A stretch of 55,278 bases of DNA, the filler included, from Squatina squatina (taxonomy: Eukaryota): NCBI GenBank assembly GCA_031763465.1. It is 3 parts of 3 records of this genome, joined end to end, with 100 filler letters (N's around TTAATTAATTAA, not from the genome) between each part and the next. Parts side by side here need not be neighbours in the genome. Positions count along the whole stretch, not along the records: positions 18,789 to 40,078 come from JARFOE010000222.1; positions 40,179 to 55,278 come from JARFOE010000233.1; 1 more part is not named here. The stretch is one strand, 5' to 3'. Under the pieces are notes generated by a model. It had not been told where the DNA came from, ran no database searches, and saw only the letters and a list, made by a program, of their open reading frames with translations. Made by a program: the position numbers and the translations under genes. How positions within the stretch are numbered: the stretch's first letter is position 1; each line of letters begins with the position of its first letter. Shown here piece by piece: positions 35,942-47,375 of this stretch.

Positions 35942-36150
35942 TGAAGCAGGTGCGAAGTTGGGCAATGTTATGGAGGTGGAAATAGGCCGTCTTCGTTATG
36001 GTGTGGATATGTGGTCGGAAGGTCATTTAGGGTCAAATGTGACACCAGTGTTGCGAATGGTCTGGTTCAGCCTCAGACGGGTGCTCGGGAGAGGGATGGA
36101 GTTGGTGGCTAGGGAATGGAGTTTGTGGTGGGGACTGAAGGCAATGGCGT
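35942..36150 (-). mobile_element. L2 LINE RT fragment
   Basis: MTFRPHIHTITKTAYFHLHNIAQLR resembles the L2 post-RT motif (F..HI..I.K.A.FHLRNI). Confidence 0.75.
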
Positions 36151-36530
36151 ACTGCCACAGTTTAATGTAAAGTGATATTCTGGATTTACCTTTTCAGTAT
36201 TATTTGCTATCATCTATACTTCTAAATCCTTTCTTAGATGCCAGGGTGAAAAATCCAAGGGCAAAACTTTCAACTTTGTGCCGGGGAATAATATGGGCAG
36301 TTGTGGATCGGCTACACACTCTGATTGTGTTCCCTTTTCATTGAAGGCAATGGGGGGAAAAAATAGGACTGGGTGTATGACGGATGGCTTCTTCCCCATC
36401 AATAGCCATGTTGTCTGCTATTGTTGTACAGATAATCAAATCCTGATAATTGATTGCATTATTTTACTATAGTGATATGGTGCTATACAATTTCTTCTTT
36501 GTCACCTAAAGTGTTTTTTTTTCCCCACAG

Positions 36531-36616
36531 ATGACCCTGGGACATGAGCAGGGAGCTGGGGCCCCATGTCTGAAGTGCAAGGATAAATGTGAAGGATTTG
36601 AACTCCACTTTTGGAG
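36531..36616 (+). CDS. TES: Testin exon 2 (86 nt)
   Basis: ttccccacag|ATG...TGG AG|gtagt; [29 protein letters not shown] versus recalled human [29 protein letters not shown]. Confidence 0.95.
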
Positions 36617-37989
36617 GTAGTGTATATTTAATGAATGATTCATTGCCCCTCCCTTTTCCTGTGCTTGGAAAATCTACTGCTTTCAGTGTATTAAGGCCTA
36701 GAAATTGCAGTCGGATGTGTACCTCCTGGAGTATGTCTCTGACCCGCAAAACAATTACGAAAGTACTTCCTGGCGTTCAGGCTGCAAAGAGTTGCCGTCT
36801 CAGGCCTCAAGGCGTAGGGCAACGTAATGGCCCATGGATCCCAGGGATGTAGGCGGATCAGAAGCGTACCTGGGATCATATGGGCCCGGTCCTTGAAAGA
36901 CGAAGGAGAATTCCATTTCCTTCATTATGAAGAGAATCCCTTAGTGATATGCAATGGAANNNNNNNNNNNNNNNNNNNNNNNNNNNNNNNNNNNNNNNNN
37001 NNNNNNNNNNNNNNNNNNNNNNNNNNNNNNNNNNNNNNNNNNNNNNNNNNNNNNNNNNNAATCAACAAATTCTATTCATTCTCGGTGCACTAGTCATGAA
37101 TTTACCCCCACCACCCACCCAGACGTAAACTTCTATCTGACTGTAAAAGCTTGAGATGCTGGTCTTCTAATGTGCTGCCATCACACAACTGAGGCATTTT
37201 ATTACAGATTTAAAATAAAAGCTGCTGATTGACCTGGAGGCCTGAATTTACGAGCAAGTATAATTGTACTTTGAATAAATTAGTGATTTATAACCAATAA
37301 AACCCAAAAACTGATAATGAAATATGTTCAGATTGATGAACGCACACAAATAAATGAAGCCTTATTCAATCCCCGCACACCCTTAACTAATCTTGTCACT
37401 TGCAGTTCTTTCACTTTTGTGACTTGGTGCCCTTGGTCCACTTACAATGTACAATAATTTTAGTGTTTTTAATGTAGAACAATTCCTCCTATACTATATT
37501 TTTCATTTAAAGATGTCTGCTTTTTATACCTATTTAACCATTTTTCATTTTGTTTTATGATGTTACATAATATCTACAGTTCTCTAATTTTGTTTAACCT
37601 TTATATGAAGTTCCCCTTATTGAATTATATTTTATTTGCCTTTACTTGCTTTAGATCTTTTTCCTTCTCCTTCTCAATGCCATTTCTCAGCTGAAGGGCC
37701 AAGAACCCTCTATGTGGCCTCTGCACTACTTATTAACTAGTTACTAAGCGCAACCTTCTGACCGCATGGAGAAGATTCACAACTTGCCGTGTTGGATATG
37801 AAACTGTATGGCAGCCTACTCTGCAAGCACCTTTCATAAAATATGTATGGATAATTCACCATATCCACAGCAGTACTATTACTGCTTTGTGTGGCTGATA
37901 GAGGAAAAACTGTAATTTTACATTTAGGTGGTTAAGCCAGATAATTGTGTCAGGAGGAGCAGAGCATATTGCTGTGATGCCTCTTTTCC

Positions 37990-38390
37990 TATTTGTGAAT
38001 CGGGCCTTGAGTCGTTGCATGTTCCAGGGTCTGCTCTGGGTCACGCACTGGAGAGTTTCTAATTCTCCCTTTTGTGCATCAAGTATTTGCTTCTGCCGCA
38101 GTTTCTGCGGATCTGGTTTAGGGTCGCCCATAAGCTTCGTGGAAGATCGAAGCCAGGGATCTTCCGTGTCAGGTCTCTCATGAGGTGTTTCTTTGTGAAT
38201 TCTTGGGAACTCCATTCGGCTTTCCAAGCATCATCAGGGTTGAAGTAGAGTTGTCGAAGGTTAAGCTCCTGGGTCCAAAAGGGCTAGCATGATTTCAAGT
38301 GGTGATGATGGATGTAGTTGAGATCCTGGATGTTCGTTTTCCACGATTCGCTGGACTGCCCAGACGGCTGCAGCAGTGATTTAGAATAAA
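37990..38390 (-). mobile_element. RTE-X-like LINE ORF2 C-terminal fragment in TES intron 2
   Basis: A minus frame not given in the track reads LKSC*PFW...NPDDAWKAEW...IPGFDLPRSLWATLNQIRRNCGRSKYLMHK, resembling the RTE-X C-terminal PGFDLPR..W..LNR.RTG.GR motif; in-frame stops indicate decay. Confidence 0.6.
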
Positions 38391-38436
38391 TAGGATCAGC
38401 GATTCTGCAACTTTAATGTCAACTTTAAATTCACAG

Positions 38437-38689
38437 GAAGATCTGTCGTAATTGTAAGTGTGGCCAAGAAGAGCATGATGTCCACACCAGTACTGAAGAA
38501 GACAAGAAAGTGGGCAAACTGTTCGAGGATACGAAATACACGGGTCTCATTGCAAAACTTAAAACTGATGGAGTTCCTGTTTACAAGCGCAATACGGTGA
38601 CACTTACTAATCCAATAGCAGCTAAGAAGGATGTGTCCTTCAACACCGTTACATATGAGTGGGCCCCACCAGTCCAAAATCAAGCATTG
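38437..38689 (+). CDS. TES: Testin exon 3 (253 nt; Cys-rich region and start of PET domain)
   Basis: tcacag|G AAG...TTG|gtaagt; [15 protein letters not shown]...[19 protein letters not shown]...[15 protein letters not shown]. Confidence 0.97.
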
Positions 38690-39454
38690 GTAAGTGCGTA
38701 ATAAAGATGTCATTTAGTGTGTAAATCGATCAGTTCTCAAAGGTGCTATTGCAACTTTAGTTTTATTCTAAACCTATTTCTAAGTGGGAAAGAAAATTGT
38801 CACAAGTTCCAAAACACCCGAACAACACAGAGGATCACATTGAGACATCACAAGAACAAGTAGTATCTGTACAACCATACTGTTCTGAGGGAGACCTGCA
38901 CCAAAAACAGAGGGAGACACAGAGTGGAGAAGGAGTGAAGGGAGGTAGAGCATCGAAGGAGTGCAGCAAGTCAAAATTTCATTCATGCTTAAAATGAAAT
39001 TAAAAATGAAANNNNNNNNNNNNNNNNNNNNNNNNNNNNNNNNNNNNNNNNNNNNNNNNNNNNNNNNNNNNNNNNNNNNNNNNNNNNNNNNNNNNNNNNN
39101 NNNNNNNNNNNGAATGGCTTCCTTCTGTACTGTAACCATTCTATGATTCTTGCATGGAAACCTGTGTGGCTGGCTTTTTGCCATTCCAGAAGTGCTTACA
39201 TCACAACAGCTGCACATTTATCTTGTTATTTTATCTAGAGCTGGAAAATTATCATCGTTTAAAAATGCTTATGGAAGGTTTAATGCGGTTAGTCCAAGGA
39301 GAGTGACCAGTTGGGAAATTACAGCAATTTATCCTTGGACAGCACTGTTAGATGTTCTGTGTGTTTCCTCAAAGGCAAATAAGGGAAAGAGTTATCTTGC
39401 CTGAGTCACAAACTTGGAAAGCTGCAATAATTCAACTAATTCCTTCCTTTGAAG

Positions 39455-39778
39455 GCTGTGCGGTACATGGAGCTGCTACCAAAGGAGAAACAGCCAGTGG
39501 CTGGCTCAGAAGGAGCTCAGTATCGAAAGAAGCAGTTGGCTAAGCAGTTGCCTGCACACGATCAGGACCCTTCAAAGTGCCATGAATTGTCGGTTAATGA
39601 GGTGAAGCAGATGGAGCAGTTTGTGAAGAAATACAAGAATGAGGCTCTTGGTGTTGGTGACATCAAGCTCCCAGATGAGATGGAAGTGCAGTCTAAAGAA
39701 CAACGCAAAAGTGATATTGGTGAAAGGAGTACAACAGCTGCTGTTGGATCAGTGGCTGGACAGCTGGGTACAAAATAT
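39455..39778 (+). CDS. TES: Testin exon 4 (324 nt; PET domain and linker)
   Basis: tttgaag|GCT...TAT|gtaagt; [39 protein letters not shown] matches recalled human TES. The LIM exons are absent because the scaffold ends. Confidence 0.96.
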
Positions 39779-40078
39779 GTAAGTATTAAAGCTATGTCGG
39801 TAAGGTGGAGCTTAACTTTAATGAACGTTACCTTTTCAGACTTGCACAATATCTTAAAGCTACAGAGTCCTAAACAAATTTCACTTCTAAGTTTGTAATT
39901 ATAAGTGGCATCACGTGTTCCTAATTGCCAGGAATTAATATCTCAGGAGTGAATGTCTATGCTTTATAAGACAATAACTCTGGACTGTTTTTATCTTCAC
40001 TGCAAAGATGTAAATGTTCTGAATGGATGTAGTGTTAAAAGTCAAATTTTTAGTAACCTAATGCATTTTGTAAATATT

Positions 40079-40178
40079 NNNNNNNNNNNNNNNNNNNNNN
40101 NNNNNNNNNNNNNNNNNNNNNNTTAATTAATTAANNNNNNNNNNNNNNNNNNNNNNNNNNNNNNNNNNNNNNNNNNNN
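40079..40178. other. Artificial scaffold linker N44-TTAATTAATTAA-N44
   Basis: Identical to 18689-18788. Confidence 0.95.
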
Positions 40179-40258
40179 CTGGAGGAGTTGCTGAGCTCCG
40201 CGCAACGGCAGCACTGCCTGACGGTTGGAGTCTACGAGTCTGCAAAAGTCATGAATGT
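40179..40258 (+). CDS. GADD45G: GADD45-family gene exon 2 (partial), gamma-like
   Basis: LEELLSSAQRQHCLTVGVYESAKVMN(V)|gtaagt. The family is clear; the paralogue assignment is tentative. Confidence 0.75.
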
Positions 40259-40381
40259 GTAAGTTTCGCACAAGCCACCCTTGCCCTTTTCAAATGCACC
40301 GCACTGAGATCGGGCTCTCTACCAGTTAGTAACAGATTTTTCGATTTGTGATTGAGCTGGGTGGTGACTTTTTTTTTGCAG

Positions 40382-40595
40382 TGACCCGGACAGTGTGGTG
40401 CTGTGCCTCCTGGCCACTGACGAGGAGGATGAAGGTGACATTGCTCTGCAAATCCACTTCACCTTAATTCAAGCATTTTGCTGCGACAATGACATTAACA
40501 TCGTGAGAGTGAATGACATCCAGCGACTAGCCGAGATTGTAGGCAACGCGGCCGACAACGAGGAGCCCAGGGACATGCATTGCATCCTGGTCACG
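40382..40595 (+). CDS. GADD45G: GADD45-family gene exon 3 (214 nt)
   Basis: tttttgcag|T GAC...ACG|gtgagt; [54 protein letters not shown]...DMHCILVT. Confidence 0.78.
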
Positions 40596-40769
40596 GTGAG
40601 TGCCTTTTAGGTAACTAGCAACTGCCACCTTTTTTTAAAAGGTGCTTTTATTAATGTTGGAAACTAACACTGCTAATGATAGTAGGATTGTTTAACCTAG
40701 AAGTACAGAGTGTGACTTGGCAATATGACCATGTACCTGACTTGTTGCATTTTTTTATATCACATCTAG

Positions 40770-40883
40770 AATCCAAGCCAAGATTCTTGGAAAGATCCAG
40801 CTTTTGAAAAACTTGGTGTCTTCTGTGAAGAGAGCCGCTGCACCAATCAATGGGTTCCCAACATTTCCTTTCCTGAGCGTTGA
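40770..40883 (+). CDS. GADD45G: GADD45-family gene last exon
   Basis: atctag|AAT...CGT TGA; NPSQDSWKDPAFEKLGVFCEESRCTNQWVPNISFPER*. WKDPA.EKL..FCEESR is gamma-like. Confidence 0.78.
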   Translation, partial: NPSQDSWKDPAFEKLGVFCEESRCTNQWVPNISFPER

Positions 40884-41411
40884 AGTTGTTGCGTAGACTT
40901 GGTGTTTGCTGGAAATATATTTTGAAGTCGCCTTGTCTAAGGAAAAGTGTTGGCTTCCTGGATCTGTGGATTAGACTGGTATCTTGGTCTAGTTGCATGG
41001 ACATGTGACAAGTACCTTATGATGGTGAATCGGGGACACAGTGGACCGATAGCCAGCACTGATGACTGCAACAGGTTTCATAAATGGACTGTTGCACAAC
41101 AGCTTGGACCTGGAGTAGTGAGGAGAGTGAGCAAAAGAAGTATACTGTGCAGCCCTGCACCTGCCACAGAGCCCTGGTTCTGTAATGAGGAGATTAAATG
41201 ATGGATCAAGACCTGCATGGAGGCTGTGGGACTCTTATCTGGTTTTATGAACTTAAATGCATTTAGTTGTGGAACAGTCTTAACTTTATATTTGGCTGCC
41301 ACAATGGACTTCAAACATCTTATTTACAGCTGTGAGCTCAACACAACAGATTTTTAATAGACATGTATTTTAATGAAAATGGATACTTGGTTCCTATTTC
41401 ATGTAAAGCTG

Positions 41412-41429
41412 AATAAATGCTGAAATAAA
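41412..41429 (+). terminator. Tandem polyadenylation signals of the GADD45 gene
   Basis: AATAAA at 41412 and 41424, about 530 nt after the stop; AU-rich UTR upstream and a GU-rich tract (ttgtctgtgattt) downstream. Confidence 0.7.
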
Positions 41430-44400
41430 GCATATAAATGAGTAATTGTCTGTGATTTATGCTTGACAACTGACCTCACTATAATCTAAAACCATTGATG
41501 CAAGTTCTTGCATCTGTTAAGTATCAATTGTGAAACTTTGCCCACTTGTACTAGCTGTCTCTTGAATTTGTAAGAATGTAGGTTGCAACTGCTTGCTTAA
41601 CTAAAGGCAAGGGGAAATCCTACTGTGGGAAACTTTCAAGCAGTAATCTCCCTAGTCTGTACTTTCTATTGATTTTCAGTTTTAATTATATATTGGAAAT
41701 GCTGATGAGGTAACTTAATACAAATTTGCAAAGACAATCCTATACTTAAGAGATTAATGCTACATACAAGGATTGGTTCAGTGTTATCTTTACAATAGTA
41801 AAGCAAATGGTTGTACAAAACCAGTCACTAGTATGTCCTGATCCACTAGGGACTTGTAATAGACTTAATATAGTAAACTTTTTAAATTACCATTATGTAG
41901 AACCAAAGGCACTTAAAGCAGATCAACTTTAGCACTTAACATTTTTGACAAACAATAATGTGCCCAAGATCCTAATATTACCCAGAATCCTCAAGTTGAT
42001 ATTAGAAGTCCTATGTAAACTTTTGGTTAGGATGCTGAGTGTTTTAAGAATCTTAAACTACTGAGGAAATCTGCAAGTTTTGTTTGCTCAGTACACCTTT
42101 TCCAAGGCTTAATGATGCAGGGGTTCTGGTATTTAACAAGCTTCCTGCTGCTTGTCCAGCCAGGGCTACCCTATTGGAGCATTGGTTATTAGTATTATCT
42201 GGAGTTGCATAGAAAGAATCCCTGGTGCCTGTAGCTCACCTATCCTTCTAAATTCTATTAATGAGCTGTACTGTTGAGTCAGTTAGCAAGAGTGCTCTGG
42301 CAGTGTGAACCTGCCTAGCTTGGGTATCAGTCTACACTACAGTATTGACTTGATTGTCCCAATCTCAAATACTACCTTGGATTTGTCTGTTACTGTAACA
42401 GCTACACTGGGNNNNNNNNNNNNNNNNNNNNNNNNNNNNNNNNNNNNNNNNNNNNNNNNNNNNNNNNNNNNNNNNNNNNNNNNNNNNNNNNNNNNNNNNN
42501 NNNNNNNNNNNCAATAATTAGCAAATTATATTTGCTCCAGCTGATATCTCAGTTTGCTTTTATCATAAAGTATTGAATGTTCTTTGAACATCAGGTCACT
42601 CTATGTGTTAAAACAAACCGTACTTATAAGAAACCAAGGAAACTCAGACACTGCAATTCATTTTGTAACTGGCCCAGATTTAATGCCTAAATTGGCAGCA
42701 CTGTCAGATTATATCAGAACAAAACAATGTCCTGCTCAGCACCTCCTGGGCATATATATCAGGAACCATGTGTACTGAGGCACACAGTAAGTCTGGAATA
42801 GAGCACAATTTGTTTTGCCATGTGTCACCTATTTGGCTGGGAGTGAATAAGACATCAAGTGGGTTATGATTTTCCAGTACTGTATTACTGAAGTGACTGA
42901 AGGAAAAACACATGGTTCCTGAAGTTTAGTTAAGTTCCTTCAGGTTAATAAATGGAAAACTTCACCTTTGTCTTCCTACAGAATTTGTGGACAATAAAAG
43001 AGGAAAGTATGCTTTCTTTTTATGTCATCATTTCCCATGTGTTGGCGCACTGGACATGCTTATTGAGATGATCAAAGTCTTTTATTATGTGTAATATGTC
43101 ACCAAGATGAAAAGAACAGAGTACTTCTCCATCCTTAAACAAAACAAAAGTTTGTCAAATACCTTTTCATCATTCTCCTTTGGGGAAGTTAGAACGCACT
43201 ACAACATTTAATATTTCGGCTCAATTTATAAAGGATTCAGTGCCTGTTTTGTTCAGTGTTTTAAGTCCACAAAATCATTCTTTGTTTATTGAAATAAAAA
43301 TTAATTAAACATTGTTAAGCCTTACATAAAATACTTGAATCAGCAATTTAAAAGACTTTCCTCTGTGCCGGGCAATGCAGTCATACGCAGGGATAAGAAA
43401 ATACTGTAGCTCCATTGTTCTGAGCACACACAAGTCATTGCATATTATGGAAGAATTACACCAATAATGAGCAGAACAGTGTATTCCTAAATTGGCAACC
43501 AAATACATCTTCCTTACAATTTCAACTGTATTTATTAAATGTGTATTGACATTAACAATTTTATTTTGTCTTCAAAATTTAAAAATTCCTCATTGACTCA
43601 AGCATCCAAACAGCTTTGTCATTATATGTTACAATAACTAGTATTGTCAAACATGCAGATCCAGTCTGCTACAATCTATGGACTTTATGAATAATTAACC
43701 AGTGAATAGCAGTATTATATCCTCAAACAATCAATGGATCACTTAAGTCTAATTCTGAGAATGTTTACTTTGGTCAGACAATATCTGTCATCTGTAAAGC
43801 ATTTTCATTTCAGGAAACCACTTTCTGGGCATTTTGGGCATCTTGGTAGCCCAGCATGTAAGTGCACCAAATATTGCAGAATGGGATGTTAGGCTTGTGT
43901 CTATGATTTTTCACAGATCAAATTCATGATCTTGACTAGACAATTGGATCAGAAATGAGATGTGTCAAGATAAGACAGTTCTTCACAGAGATGGAGGAAA
44001 GATCAAAAAGGTGAGTCAACCTGTACCAGATTTGTATACAATTTCCAGTGGCTGGAGACAGAACCCTGCGATGGGTCACCTGTCTTATTGAAGATGTATA
44101 ACCTCTGGGGCTGAACTACATATGGAAAATAAATTTGACCAAGTTGGCCCTTCTCCAGTTTCACCAATTGCCATGGACTGAAAAAGATTAAAAAATACAG
44201 TTGAGAACATAGGATTGTTCATACTTAGGCCTTTACTAGTTACTGTTCTATTCACATTTTAACTCCAGCCTACTACAATTGAACAATAGGTTAATGATCA
44301 TGTATGACATATTTTCTTGACATACCTATGATACTGGAGTCTATCATCTCATTAGACTGGTTTAGTATCTTGTGTATTATCAGTGCTTTTAAAGAGCAGT

Positions 44401-45461
44401 CAATTATCCTTAATTCCTCCTGATGTCTCCTGCATGTGTCTAATGCATATGCACCTCTTGTTGACTGTTTGAGTACCTCTGCTATATTGCTAACTTATAC
44501 CCAGATATTTTGTTTCTCCTGCCATAGCAGTTGAAAAATAACTTTTCATTATATATATATATATGTTTGAGAGCTCTGAGAAGTAGGGTGGAGCAATTCC
44601 AATAAAGAATGGAAACAGCCTGAGCCCAAGTCACTTGCCAATGCACACACATGTGAAAGTGAAACAGANNNNNNNNNNNNNNNNNNNNNNNNNNNNNNNN
44701 NNNNNNNNNNNNNNNNNNNNNNNNNNNNNNNNNNNNNNNNNNNNNNNNNNNNNNNNNNNNNNNNNNNNACAGCAATGAGATAATGACCAGGTCATCTGTT
44801 TTAGTGATGTAATGTAGTAACTCAATAAGCCATCGGGGAAACATCCAAACCAGTTTCACAATGTTGTTTCCACTCAATCTACTGTACTATCCCAGGCTAA
44901 TTGCAACTATACTTATAATGATGGTTTGAGTTGGATCAGACATCAAATCAGCCGGAATCCAGCCTCTATTAAATAGTACCAGGTATCTGAAATCTGTACA
45001 CTGATTTAAGTGGACTGTGAGTTTCATTCCTGGTACCGAACGGTAGAGCTGCATTTCATCCACCAGTCAACCCCCTTTAGGAGGGGAGGGATGTGGAGAG
45101 AAAATTGTTCAATGTACAGCTGTTGTTTAACTTGCACGATACAGCTTAATTCCATGTAATTCAGTGGGTGCTACACAACAAGGGATAAGGAGACTAAATG
45201 GGCTGCATTGTGTGTGACGAAAGGTCACTTGTCTGCGTAATGGTTACTGGAATCAACTTGACACACATCAAGGTGATTCTCTTAAGAGGATTAGTCTGTG
45301 CTTGCCAGATCAAAAGATTATCAAATATTAGCAGATAGAGGATTTTAGACAGTTGAGTTGGCTAACTAACAAAGACTAATCCTTAATATTGTTCTATATT
45401 CAAAGATGTTAGTTTATAGTGACAAAGAAGAGACAGATCAATGGGGAAAATGAGAGTAGGC

Positions 45462-45720
45462 TCCTCCAGTGGCTCAGTTGAGAAATGTCTTGCCCAGTGT
45501 GGAAATGAAGCAAATAGAGAAGGAAAGTCCCAGAATTAATTTCTGGTGGGTGCTGGCATAGCAGATCTCAAGTGGTTCAGCAATGGGGCAGCGCAAGGGT
45601 AAAAAAAACTCAGGAGTTCCTGCTCCTGATCAGTCGTAAATGATTCCACCCTGAAAAGTGCAGATGTGTGGATATTGGCTGAGGACAAGATTGAGGTTTG
45701 CTGTGATGCCGCTGAGTCAA
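45462..45720 (+). mobile_element. Old SINE-like repeat (second family); related fragment at 48585-48695
   Basis: tRNA-like start GTGGCTCAGTTG and shared blocks with 48585-48695 (AGGAAxGxCCCAG, GTGCTGxxxTAG, TTCCTG..CCTGAT). The family name is uncertain. Confidence 0.45.
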
Positions 45721-46519
45721 ACAGNNNNNNNNNNNNNNNNNNNNNNNNNNNNNNNNNNNNNNNNNNNNNNNNNNNNNNNNNNNNNNNNNNNNNNNNNNNN
45801 NNNNNNNNNNNNNNNNNNNNNNNNNNNNNNNNNNNNNNNNNNNNNNNNNNNNNNNNNNNNNNNNNNNNNNNNNNNNNNNNNNNNNNNNNNNNNNNNNNNN
45901 NNNNNNNNNNNNNNNNNNNNNNNNNNNNNNNNNNNNNNNNNNNNNNNNNNNNNNNNNNNNNNNNNNNNNNNNNNNNNNNNNNNNNNNNNNNNNNNNNNNN
46001 NNNNNNNNNNNNNNNNNNNNNNNNNNNNNNNNNNNNNNNNNNNNNNNNNNNNNNNNNNNNNNNNNNNNNNNNNNNNNNNNNNNNNNNNNNNNNNNNNNNN
46101 NNNNNNNNNNNNNNNNNNNNNNNNNNNNNNNNNNNNNNNNNNNNNNNNNNNNNNNNNNNNNNNNNNNNNNNNNNNNNNNNNNNNNNNNNNNNNNNNNNNN
46201 NNNNNNNNNNNNNNNNNNNNNNNNNNNNNNNNNNNNNNNNNNNNNNNNNNNNNNNNNNNNNNNNNNNNNNNNNNNNNNNNNNNNNNNNNNNNNNNNNNNN
46301 NNNNNNNNNNNNNNNNNNNNNNNNNNNNNNNNNNNNNNNNNNNNNNNNNNNNNNNNNNNNNNNNNNNNCTCCTGCTCCTATTTCTTATGTTCTTATGTGT
46401 TCAGGGAGCAATAGGCTACATGCTGCAGCATCAGATTGCATTCTCTAGAATGCCGTCACCCCCGAGTGACTGCTCAACATTTCAGGATGGCGTGGAATTA
46501 ACTGAGTGAGTTGCCATCT

Positions 46520-47375
46520 GCAGGGGCAGCCGAGGGAGTTTATGGAATTAGGCGCTAGATTGAACGCAGGACATGAGGAGTGGTAATATCTGGTTTGCTT
46601 CCTGTACCATGCACTAGGCAGGTCAATGAGAGGAAGATTAGGAAGGTCAATGTGTGGCTGTTGGTCTGGTGCAGGATGGGAGGGTTCACATTTTTGGTGT
46701 ATTGGAACAAGTTGTAGAACAGGGGAAAGCTAATACCGAAACAAGGTCCTTTACTTCAACCAAAATGGCACCAATATCCTTGCAGTGAGAGTAATTAGAG
46801 CAGTTGGATAGGATTTCAACTAGTATGGCAAGGGGTGGAGATGGTCTGCATTTCAGACTAGAAGGGAGAGTATTATTAATTAAGGAGAAGGCTTAGCTGA
46901 AATAAATAGATAAAATATTATCAGAGGAGAAATGGAAAGAAAAAGCTAGTGAGAGATTAAAAACACTGTAAAAGGGGCAAGGGATATCACAAAAAAGAAT
47001 AAGTCCCTGTTCCAGAAAATTGGAGTCTGGAACTACTAGTATGTGTGTGAATGCACAAAGCATTCAAAACAAAATTGGAGAATTAGAATCATTAATAACT
47101 ATGGAGGGTTATGATATATTAGTTGTCATGTCCACACTCAAGCCATGTCTATATTACTGGGACGTAATGTTCCTGGTTATAATAATTTCAGGAGCAATGT
47201 GGAGGAAATGAAAGGGGATGGGGTAGTAGTGTTGGTGAAAGGTTCTATCATAGAACAACAATTTAAGTGTGTCCTGGGGGTTTATGTTAAGACAGAATCC
47301 ATATGGATATAGTTAAGCAAGAGGAAGGGAAATGGTACAATTCTTGGTGTGTATTGCAGACCACCAATCTGAAGA
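46520..47375 (+). mobile_element. Decayed CR1 LINE, ORF1 end and ORF2 endonuclease start
   Basis: NAQSIQNKIGELESLITMEGYDILVV (CR1 NAxS.NK..EL......YD motif), a GG-V-V-L-V-K-like segment and GVYCRPP, with stops and frameshifts. Confidence 0.7.

Noticed and set aside
38205-38255. Hammerhead-like CTGATGA...GAA on the minus strand
   Set aside because: GAAT instead of GAAA, no stem I, and the sequence is explained as LINE coding sequence (NPDDAWKAEW).
40710-40750. p53 response element in GADD45 intron 3
   Set aside because: Only scattered CWWG cores with poor flanks; no paired RRRCWWGYYY decamers.
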